Shown piece by piece: positions 1 through 7,407 of a stretch of 64,000 nucleotides of DNA. The stretch is taken from positions 1,461,842 to 1,525,841 of the forward strand of contig CAVPSE010000002.1 in assembly GCA_963708255.1 (NCBI GenBank), read 5' to 3'. Under the pieces are notes generated by a model. The model was not told where the DNA came from. It did not search any database and saw only the letters and a program-made list of their open reading frames with translations. This stretch comes from an uncultured Thermoplasmata archaeon. GTDB lineage: Archaea; Thermoplasmatota; Thermoplasmata; Lutacidiplasmatales; UBA184. Position 1 is the first letter of the stretch, and each line of letters starts with the position of its first letter. Position numbers and translations under genes: made by a program.

Positions 1-1219
1 ACCCGAAGGTGTAGACCCCGTCCTTCATCATCGCACGGGCCACAGCGTCTACGACTAACGGAGTGCCCGCGAGCTTCTCTTCCGGAGTGTTCATGGGCCG
101 GCGCGTCCGACGATCCCGGACGAGCTCCACGGCCGCGAACAGGCCCAGGCCCCGGACCTCCCCGACGGACGGATGTCGAAGGGCGATCTCGCGTAACCGG
201 GAGAGCATGTACTCGCCTTCCCGACGGCTCCGATCGATGAGGCCGAGCCGCCGGTACTCCGAGATGGCCGCCACGGCGGGCGCCATCGTCAGGGGGTGCG
301 CCTCGTACGTGTGGCCGTGAGGGAAGTAGACGTCTCGGAACTTCTCGTGGAGCTCGGGCGTCGTCGCCGTGAGACCGAGGGGTACGTAGGCTCCTGTGAT
401 CCCTTTCGCTGTGGTGAGGATGTCCGGCCGGACCCCCCAGTGGTCGACGCCGAACCACTGACCGGTCCGCCCCCAGCCCGTCATGACCTCGTCGGCGATG
501 AGGAGCACGGAGTGCTCCCGGGTGATCTCCCGAAGCCTCGGCAGGTACTCGGGCACCGGCACCAGGACCCCGTTCGTTCCTGGAACCGCCTCCACGATCA
601 CCGCCGCCACGTCGCCTTCGTGCCGGATCGTTTCGTCGATGGCCTCGACGCAGGCGACGCCGCAGTCCGGATACGTGAGCTTGAGGGGACAGCGGTAGCA
701 GTAGCAGTCGGGGGCGAACACTGTCCCGGGGACCCGCTGGACCCCTTCGGTCGGGACCCGTCGGGGGTCCCCGGAGACCGAGATGGACGCGGCCGTCGAC
801 CCGTGGTAGGACCTCCGGCGGGCGATCACCTTCGAACGACCGGTCGCGACCCGAGCGATCTTGAGGGCCGCCTCGTTCGCCTCGGTCCCGGACGTGGAGA
901 AGAAGTACCGCCGAAGGCCGGGGGGCAGCACGCCATCGAGAGCCTCGCTGAGCGCGCCCCGCGCCTCGGTGGCGAACGACGGTGCGACGTAGGGGAGACT
1001 GAGCGCCTGGCGGGCGATCGCCTCCATCACGGCCCGGTTCCCGTGCCCGAGGTTCGTCGCGACCAGCTGGGAGGCAAGGTCCAGGTAGGGGTGCCCCTCC
1101 GAGTCCCAGAACGTCGACCCTTCCGCGCGCGTGATCAGGAGGGGGTCCCACCCGCCCTGCTTCCGCCAGGTGACATAGTTGGAGGACCGGACCGTCCGGC
1201 GCGCGTCGTCGGGGTCCAC
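1..1219 (-). CDS. class-III (omega-type) PLP-dependent aminotransferase; 3' end runs off the window
   Basis: Manual minus-strand translation from GTG at 1219: VDPDDARRTVRSSNYVTWRKQGGWDPLLITRAEGS...STSGTEANEAALKIAR...LIADEVMTGWGRTGQWFG...TTAKGITGAYVPLG (PLP-lysine context). Absent from the ORF track because no stop lies inside the window. Confidence 0.8.
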   Translation of the reverse strand, partial: MDPDDARRTVRSSNYVTWRKQGGWDPLLITRAEGSTFWDSEGHPYLDLASQLVATNLGHGNRAVMEAIARQALSLPYVAPSFATEARGALSEALDGVLPPGLRRYFFSTSGTEANEAALKIARVATGRSKVIARRRSYHGSTAASISVSGDPRRVPTEGVQRVPGTVFAPDCYCYRCPLKLTYPDCGVACVEAIDETIRHEGDVAAVIVEAVPGTNGVLVPVPEYLPRLREITREHSVLLIADEVMTGWGRTGQWFGVDHWGVRPDILTTAKGITGAYVPLGLTATTPELHEKFRDVYFPHGHTYEAHPLTMAPAVAAISEYRRLGLIDRSRREGEYMLSRLREIALRHPSVGEVRGLGLFAAVELVRDRRTRRPMNTPEEKLAGTPLVVDAVARAMMKDGVYTFG

Positions 1220-1225
1220 GGTCCT

Positions 1226-1898
1226 CTACGAGAACTTCGCGATGACGTCCCGGATCGCCTTGCCGCCACCGCGGAGGACCGGCCCGCCGTGGTAGGAGAG
1301 GACCGACTCTACCGACAGGTTCGCGACCCGACGGGCCGAGATCTGTGCCGTGGGGGTGTGGTGGGTGTACTCGGGTGTCGTCAGGAGGAGGTCCGGGCCG
1401 TCCCCGAAGAACAGGTCCCCGCTGAACAGGATCTTTCGCTCGTTCTGGTACAGTGAGACGTGTCCTGGCGTGTGCCCGGGGGTGTGGAACATCGTGAGAC
1501 CGCCGGCCCCGTCGATCGCATCCCCGTCCTTGAGGGGCTCGTCGATCGTGACAGGCTCCAGGGGCGGGGAGCCCGGCCCATCGTACTTCGGGTGGCCGGC
1601 GATGTAGGCCGCCTCGATCCAGTGGGAGAAAGTGCGGGCGTGCGTGAGCTCGATCGCCTTTCGGAGTCCTCCGGTGTGGTCCCGGTGGAGGTGGGTGAGG
1701 ACGATCCGTTTGATCGCGGTCGGCTCGACGTGGATCTTCGTCAGGTACTTCGCGATCGCCACCTCGCTGCCGGGGAAGGCCGGTATCGATCAGGGTCCAG
1801 GTCGGTCCCTTGTCCTTGGCAAGGTAGACGTGGGTCGTGAAGTCCGGCGATGGGTCGAGCCCCTCTACCATGTGGATGCCCGGAAGTATCTCGGCCAT
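1226..1898 (-). CDS. MBL-fold metallo-hydrolase (apparent 1-nt frameshift near 1772-1775)
   Basis: ORF 1226..1762 carries the HLHRDHTGG (HxHxDH) motif and TPGHTPGH. The true N-terminus MAEILPGIHMVEGLDPSPDFTTHVYLAKDKGPTWTLIDTGLP starts at ATG 1898 in another frame. The frames join at a GGGG run. Confidence 0.8.
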
Positions 1899-1926
1899 GG
1901 TCCTTCGGCCCGTGACCGTCGGGGGC

Positions 1927-2443
1927 CTAATGGGGTTTCCGGCGGGGGCGGCCCGGGTCCAACGCACCATCGGAGGCGCGGGGGCCGCTCGCGGCCGGGA
2001 GGGTCCGACGGGGAGGGATGGGTCGGCCCGCTCCTGGAACGCCAGGAACTCGTTGCCGTCCGGGTCGGCGAACCGGAGCGCGATCCCTCCCCACGGCTGT
2101 CGCGCCGGGGGTTCGGTGATGCCGGCGCCCGCGTTCTTCAGCCGCTGTTCTAAGGCGAGCACGCTGTCGGTCTGGAACGCTATCCCGGTCGGGCCTCCGA
2201 TCCGGGCCAAGCTCTGGGAGTAGTATGGCTCGCCCCACGACGCTCGGGGTTCCACCAGGTTGATCCCCGCGGCCCCTCGACCGAGGGTGAGCTCCACGTA
2301 CCCGGTCCCCGGGTCGTGGGAACGGACCGACATCCCGAGAGTGTCCCGGTACCACCGCAGGGCCTTCGCCTGGTCCCGTACGACCACGGCGACCCGCTGG
2401 AGGGCCGTGATCCGCCCCGACCCCCGGGCAGGAGGGGGCTCAA
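1927..2443 (-). pseudogene. VOC/glyoxalase-family protein; start and stop uncertain, reading frame disturbed
   Basis: Manual translation: RITALQRVAVVVRDQAKALRWYRDTLGMSVRSHDPGTGYVELTLG...IAFQTDSVLALEQRLKNAGAGITEPPARQPWGGIALRFADPDGNEFLAFQER. There is no in-frame start or stop. TTG at 2443 (overlapping the upstream TGA) and the stop at 1927 both require indels in G/C runs. Confidence 0.6.
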
Positions 2444-2760
2444 GGTTGACCCCCGCGCCGATCGTGGTCGGGTCCCACTCGAACAGTTGGGATATTGCGT
2501 TCGGGAGGTCCCGGTACGGGTCCGGCCGGAGGATCCTGCTCGCCTCGGCTCCGGTCGATGCCCGGAACACGAGCAGGTCCCCCGGGGGGTCGGTCAACCG
2601 CCCGTGGGCCACGAGCCGCCCGACCCGGTCCAGCTCCTCCAGGTACAGCCCGGACCTGCCGGGGCATCGGGTCCTGGTCCCGATCGGCCTCCCCCTCCCG
2701 GACCACGCGAACGTAGAGCCGCTTCGGCTTCGGCCCCGGTCGTCCATCGGAGGCGGCCAT
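2440..2760 (-). CDS. YciI-like protein (apparent frameshift about 2650; terminal frame uncertain)
   Basis: MAASDGRPGPKPKRLYVRVVREGEADRDQDPMPRQ (ORF 2440..2775) continues in another frame as GLYLEELDRVGRLVAHGRLTDPPGDLLVFRASTGAEASRILRPDPYRDLPNAISQLFEWDP. This pattern is typical of YciI. Confidence 0.55.
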   Translation of the reverse strand: MAASDGRPGPKPKRLYVRVVREGEADRDQDPMPRQVRAVPGGAGPGRAARGPRAVDRPPGGPARVPGIDRSRGEQDPPAGPVPGPPERNIPTVRVGPDHDRRGGQP

Positions 2761-2852
2761 CCTGGGAGCCACCACGACCGAGGTACATAGGGAATCGACG
2801 CCGGCGCCCGTCGGGGTGCGGGAAAACGGGGCCGGCCCGTTCCGGACGTAGA

Positions 2853-2860
2853 TTTAAATA
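2853..2860 (+). promoter_or_regulatory. TATA-box-like element (TTTAAATA) upstream of the surface glycoprotein gene
   Basis: An AT island in a GC-rich intergenic region. ATG 2884 lies about 24 nt downstream, consistent with a leaderless archaeal transcript. Confidence 0.5.
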
Positions 2861-2883
2861 CGATGAGCGGCCGAATTTCGGTT

Positions 2884-5283
2884 ATGCGACACACGCGTCT
2901 CTTCGCCGTGGCGATCGTCCTCGTCTTGATGGCTTCCTCGGCCGCCCTCCTCCCGGGGGCGGCGCGGGCCTCGCCGACCGCCGCCGTCTCCCACCCCGCA
3001 GCGTCGGACTCCATCACGGCGGTCGATCAGTACGGGTACGCCGCCGGCGCGTTCTACGTAGGACTCGGTTCCGGCAACATCTACTTCACCGCCACCGACT
3101 TCCTCGACGCCCACGCGACCGTTCAGATCAACGACTACAATGCGACCCGGGACAACCTGACGAACCCGGTCGCCACCTTCACCCCGACCTTCGGCACCTT
3201 CGGCTACAACGAGAGCTACACGTACAACATCTTCTACCAGCTCCCGCTCGCGCTCGCGCTCGGCGGCTGGTGGAACATCACTATCAACGGCGCGTCCGCC
3301 GGGTTCTCCTACAGCAACTTCTCGGTCCACACCTACTACGTCACCGTGGCGAGCGAGTCCGCCGGTTACCTGCCCGACCACCCGGGCTCCATGTTCTTCT
3401 TCGTGAACTGGACCGTCAACAGCGCCCCCGTGAACGGGATCACCTCCATCGAGGTCACGGGCCAGTACACCACCTCCGCCGACGTCATCACGAACCTTCC
3501 CGGGACCCCGTTCGCGCTGACGCCGGCCTCGTTCGGTGCCTTCAACTTCACCGTCCCGAGCAACGCGAACACCTACTCCGACCTGTACTTCCAGGTCTTC
3601 GCGAACATGACCCCCTCCCTGGGGGCCATCTACTCGGAGTCGGCCGTCGGCTCGGCGCCGGTCGGGTACGTTCCCACCCCCACCCTGTACCTGGGGAGCT
3701 GCCCATCGACCCAATCCTGCCAGACGACGTTCTTCACCTCCGGGGAGACCGCCTTCGCCCAGGTCTGGGCGTGGATCTACACCCCGAACGGCACGGCCCC
3801 CGCGGTCGGCCTGAACGCGCGGTTCCAGTTCAGCAGCGGCGTGCTCCCGGTGACGCCGTCGGGCGACTTCCCCGGCACCCTGGCGACCAACGCCTCCGGG
3901 GGCGCGGAGATCCTGTTCAACGCCTCGGCGTCGGTGTTCTCTCCCTCGCACACGGCCTCTCTGAACGTGAGCCTCACGGACCCGCTCAACGCGGCCTCCC
4001 TGTATGGCCCTGTGACCGTCACCTTCCACGTGAGCCTCGTGACGCCCGTGGGTCCGGGTCTGCTGGTCCAGTTCGGAAGCGACCGGTACTACTCGGGAGA
4101 CACCGCCACGGCCACCTGGTGGCTCGGCGGGCTCAACGCCACCTCCACGGACGGTTGGACGGTCTCGGCCTGGACGGTCTGGACCTACTCCCCGACCACC
4201 GGGGCCTCGACGTTCCTCGCCTGGGGCACGATCGGCACCATGACGACCACGGGGACGTTCAGCCAGTCGATCCCGCTGGGATCGGGCGGCTACATCATCG
4301 CGGAGGTCACGGCGTACAACCAGACGGCCTGGCTCAGCGGCTACGCCCAGGCGTACATCACGGCCCCGTCGCTCATCATCAACCCGAGCGAGTACATCTT
4401 CCTCCCCGGTGACACCGTCGGTGTCTCCGTCGCGACCGAGGGCCAGGCGTTCAACGGGGCGACGTTCTACGAGAGCGTGACCGCGAGCGGCGGGATCCTC
4501 CTCTCGAACGGGGTCTTCACCGGCAACCAGTTCTCGTTCGCGGTCCCGGACCTGCTGACGTCCTCCTCGATCGCCATCCTGGTCTCCGCCCAGAACGGCA
4601 CGGCGGGCGTCATCAGTGACTCCCAGCGGACGATCGAGCAGGGCACCGGCCTGTACATGACGGCCGGCGTCCAGACCGTCTCGAACTACGCCGACGGGAG
4701 CTTCCAGCCTGGCCAGACGGTGACGATCTCCTACCAGGTCTACACGGAGGGCCACGCGGTCCTGCCGAGGACCCTGTGGATCGAGTTCTACCCGGGAAGC
4801 GTGTTCTTCTACGGCGGCGGCCAGGTCATCTACTTCCAGACGACCAGCCCGTCCGGCACGTTCCAGTACACGATCCCATCGAACACCCCGGCCGGCGTCC
4901 TCCAGATGGACATGTACGTGAGCAACTGGTCCTGCTCCGGGAACTGCTACCCCGGGACCAGCTTTGGGATCGCCGTTGAACCGAGCCCCTCGGTGCTCGG
5001 CTACGAGGTCGGCGCTGGGAGCGGGATCACCGTCGGCTGGCTGATCCTCCTGGTGATCATCCTGCTCGTCGCGGTGCTCATCCTGGTGCTCTCCCGCCGG
5101 CGGGGCGGAAGCCGCGGGGGCCGCGGCGCCGTGAACCCGTACCCCTCGTCCTCCTCGCCCCCGGCCTCCTCCAGCAGCAGCCCGCCCAGTGGAGCGACCG
5201 GGAGCGGACCCGACTGGAAGGAGACCCCGTCCTCGGGTGGGTCGAGCGCACCGCCGCTCCCCCAGCCACCGAGCTCCCAGTAA
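2884..5283 (+). CDS. membrane-anchored cell-surface glycoprotein (S-layer-like candidate)
   Basis: ORF 2863..5283. Signal/TM segment RLFAVAIVLVLMASSAALLPGAARA. Very many N-x-S/T sequons. C-terminal TM GWLILLVIILLVAVLILVL followed by RRRGG and a Pro/Ser-rich tail. Start moved to ATG 2884 because of the TATA spacing. Confidence 0.75.
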   Translation: MRHTRLFAVAIVLVLMASSAALLPGAARASPTAAVSHPAASDSITAVDQYGYAAGAFYVGLGSGNIYFTATDFLDAHATVQINDYNATRDNLTNPVATFTPTFGTFGYNESYTYNIFYQLPLALALGGWWNITINGASAGFSYSNFSVHTYYVTVASESAGYLPDHPGSMFFFVNWTVNSAPVNGITSIEVTGQYTTSADVITNLPGTPFALTPASFGAFNFTVPSNANTYSDLYFQVFANMTPSLGAIYSESAVGSAPVGYVPTPTLYLGSCPSTQSCQTTFFTSGETAFAQVWAWIYTPNGTAPAVGLNARFQFSSGVLPVTPSGDFPGTLATNASGGAEILFNASASVFSPSHTASLNVSLTDPLNAASLYGPVTVTFHVSLVTPVGPGLLVQFGSDRYYSGDTATATWWLGGLNATSTDGWTVSAWTVWTYSPTTGASTFLAWGTIGTMTTTGTFSQSIPLGSGGYIIAEVTAYNQTAWLSGYAQAYITAPSLIINPSEYIFLPGDTVGVSVATEGQAFNGATFYESVTASGGILLSNGVFTGNQFSFAVPDLLTSSSIAILVSAQNGTAGVISDSQRTIEQGTGLYMTAGVQTVSNYADGSFQPGQTVTISYQVYTEGHAVLPRTLWIEFYPGSVFFYGGGQVIYFQTTSPSGTFQYTIPSNTPAGVLQMDMYVSNWSCSGNCYPGTSFGIAVEPSPSVLGYEVGAGSGITVGWLILLVIILLVAVLILVLSRRRGGSRGGRGAVNPYPSSSSPPASSSSSPPSGATGSGPDWKETPSSGGSSAPPLPQPPSSQ

Positions 5284-5322
5284 CCGGGAACCCGTCCCGG
5301 ACCAACCCTTTCCCGACCCACG

Positions 5323-6313
5323 CTATCGTTGCCAGGCCGCGCCGAGGGCTTCCACGGATCTTCGTACCTCTTCCGCGGCGAGGCCCCCGAAATCGTAGAT
5401 CCCCAGCACCTCGTCGACGCCGATCCGTTCGAACGCCCGAAGGCGGTCGACCACGTGCTCCGCCGGCCCGAAGATCGCGAACCCGCTCTCCTCGATCGCC
5501 GCCGCCGACGCATGGCGAGGGTCCTTCTCGACCTTCGCCTGATAGAACGAGCTCTGGGTGGCGAGACGGCCATCGAGGTACCGCTGGAGGGCGGCCCGCG
5601 CCTCGGCGAGTCGGTCCCCGGCGTAGAGATGCAGTGCCACGGAGACCTTCGGGCGCGCTCCCGCCGGCACCGCCGTTCGGAACTCGCGGATCTCCTCGGC
5701 GAGCTCCTCGAGGCCGGAAACCGTGGCGTACAGGACCAGGGCAAGGGAGGCGCCCCGGCGGGCGATGTACGGGAGCGCCTCCCGGCGCTGCGCCGCGATC
5801 CAGATGGGCGGGTGCGGTCGCTGGCGGGGCCGGACGTTCAACCGGACGACCCCTCCGGCGGCCCGGGGCGCCGGGACGGGCTCCCCGGCCATGCCGGCGA
5901 GGATGATCGGCAAGGCCGCATCGAACCGTTCGCGCTTCGTCGCCGGGTCGACGCCGAACCCCTCGAACTCCAAGGGGATGTACCCGCTCCCGACGCCGAG
6001 ATTGAGGCGCCCACCGATCAGCTCGTCGAGGAGCCCGTACGTTTCCGCCACCTCGACGGGGGCGTGGAATGGGAGGACGCAGACCAGACACCCCAGCCGG
6101 ATCCTCTTCGTCCGTGCTCCCGCCGCGGCCAGGACGACGGGAGGCGACGGGCAGAGCCCCCCGGGGTGGAAGTGGTGCTCCGCGACCCAAAATGTCGAGA
6201 GGCCCGCGCGGTCGGCGGTCTCCGCGAGAGCGAGGAGCTCCCCGTACCGGTCCCTTCCCGGCCCCGACACCGTCCGGATAGGCGTCCACGACCGAGAAGG
6301 CGCTGAGCTCCAC
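5323..6313 (-). CDS. LLM-class (luciferase-like) flavin/F420-dependent oxidoreductase (apparent frameshift about 6262)
   Basis: ORF 5323..6666 contains RYGELLALAETADRAGLSTFWVAEHHFHPGG...LNLGVGSGYIPLEFEGFG. The N-terminus VELSAFSVVDAYPDGVGAGKG lies in the frame of ORF 5078..6991, starting at GTG 6313. Confidence 0.8.
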
Positions 6314-6335
6314 GGCGGGGCAGTTCCCGCTGAGG

Positions 6336-6343
6336 TTAATATT
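6336..6343. promoter_or_regulatory. AT-rich palindromic TATA-like element (TTAATATT) between divergent genes
   Basis: Lies 23 nt from the LLM start (6313, minus strand) and about 37 nt from the NUDIX ORF start (6380, plus strand). Confidence 0.35.
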
Positions 6344-6379
6344 CGTCCCGGGGGGTGAGCCCGTTCGACCGCATCCCCC

Positions 6380-7120
6380 TTGGAGGAACCGTTGAGCGTC
6401 CAGTTGCAGGGCCGCCCCGTGCGGGCCGGGCATGCCCACGGGAGCCTCGTGATCGACGAGGGCTCCGGCCCCGGCCGCATCAAGGTCTGCGAACGGCTCG
6501 AACCGTACCTGGCCGACACAGGGTGCGAGTTCGCGGGCCTGGTCGGCGGCACCGTTCCGGCCCCGGGCGGGGGCCCTCTTCCCCCGGGACCTCCCGCGAT
6601 CGGGGCGATCGACCTCGCCCTCCTCCTCGCGGGGGACGTCGTCGACCTGGACGGGTCGGCCGGCACTCTGGGGATCCGCCAAGTGACGTCGGTGGAGGTC
6701 GTGACGGCGTTCCTTCAGCGCGAGGACGACCGGATACTCCTGCTGCGGCGGTCGAACCGGGTGGGGAGCTTCCAGGGCCGCTGGGCGGGGGTCTCCGGGT
6801 ACCTGGAGGAAGCCACGCCGGAGCGCCAGGCGATACGAGAGGTTGGGGAGGAGACCGGCATCCCGGCAGGGCGACTGTCCCTCGTGCGGGACGGCGCACC
6901 GGTCTACGCCCGCTCCGCTGACCGCCTGTACAAGGTCCACCCGTTCCGTTTCCGCGTCACAGATGTCGAGGTGCGGCTCGATTGGGAGCACACGGAGATG
7001 GAATGGGTCGATCCGGTGGAGATCGGGCGCCGACCGACCGTACCGCGGCTCGATCGGGCCTGGGCGGCGGTGAGGGAGTCGCCCGGGAGCGGCGGTGCCG
7101 CGGGTCCGGGCAAACGGTAA
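6380..7120 (+). CDS. NUDIX hydrolase with an N-terminal extension resembling a PEP-utilising-enzyme mobile (swivel) domain
   Basis: Nudix box GYLEEATPERQAIREVGEETG in the C-terminal half. The N-terminal about 100 aa (LQGRPVRAGHAHGSLVIDEG...AIGAIDLALLLAGDVVDLDGSAGTLGI) resemble the swivel domain. A degenerate stretch at 6550-6600 may hide compensating indels. Confidence 0.7.
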   Translation: MEEPLSVQLQGRPVRAGHAHGSLVIDEGSGPGRIKVCERLEPYLADTGCEFAGLVGGTVPAPGGGPLPPGPPAIGAIDLALLLAGDVVDLDGSAGTLGIRQVTSVEVVTAFLQREDDRILLLRRSNRVGSFQGRWAGVSGYLEEATPERQAIREVGEETGIPAGRLSLVRDGAPVYARSADRLYKVHPFRFRVTDVEVRLDWEHTEMEWVDPVEIGRRPTVPRLDRAWAAVRESPGSGGAAGPGKR

Positions 7121-7148
7121 TGGCCCCGAGGCTCCCTCGGACCGGCGC

Positions 7149-7220
7149 GGGCTGGTAGATCAGCGGAAGATCGCCGGTTTTGCAAACCGGAGGCCTCGGG
7201 TTCAAATCCCGACCAGTCCA
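7149..7220 (+). tRNA. tRNA-Ala (anticodon UGC)
   Basis: 72-nt cloverleaf. Acceptor GGGCTGG/CCAGTCC with the G3:U70 Ala identity pair. D arm GATC-AGCGGAA-GATC. Anticodon arm CCGGT-TTTGCAA-ACCGG. T arm TCGGG-TTCAAAT-CCCGA. Discriminator A. No encoded CCA. Confidence 0.93.
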
Positions 7221-7407
7221 ATTCCCCCCGGGCCGTCGAGCTGGAACGCAAGCAATCGCGCCGCTCCGCCGGCATCCCGTCGCAGAATCGGGGCGATCTC
7301 CACGTCTGCCCACCTCGATACCCCGGGCCGACGGAATGACCGTGCCCCGCCCCCGGGGTCAGTTGCGCCGAGGGGGTCGGGTCTGGGGTTCTTGACGCTC
7401 ATGTTTC

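Noticed and set aside
296-1456. 386-aa plus-strand ORF at the window start, and similar long ORFs at 5078..6991, 24419..26161 and 10200..11552
   Set aside because: All are off-frame or antisense to genes with strong family signatures (aminotransferase, LLM/NUDIX, ABC ATPase, cyclase), and all have Arg/Pro/Gly-dominated sequences.
1226-2760. A single giant YciI-VOC-MBL fusion protein suggested by the continuously open frame
   Set aside because: The linkers are Pro/Arg-rich junk-like sequence. Stops and starts in adjacent frames are positioned exactly where separate genes would end and begin. The window is riddled with 1-nt indels. I keep the fusion only as an unlikely alternative in the findings.
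2854-4755. 633-aa minus-strand ORF and 698-aa plus-strand ORF (2316..4412) overlapping the glycoprotein gene
   Set aside because: The translations are Arg/Gly/Pro/Asp-rich and low-complexity with no recognisable motifs. They are antisense or off-frame to a gene that has a clear signal peptide, TM anchor and sequons. This is typical of GC-driven open frames.
7149-7407. tRNA-Ala as an integration site for a mobile element
   Set aside because: There is no integrase, no direct repeat of the tRNA 3' half that I could find, and no compositional change downstream. The next gene is an ordinary P-type ATPase.
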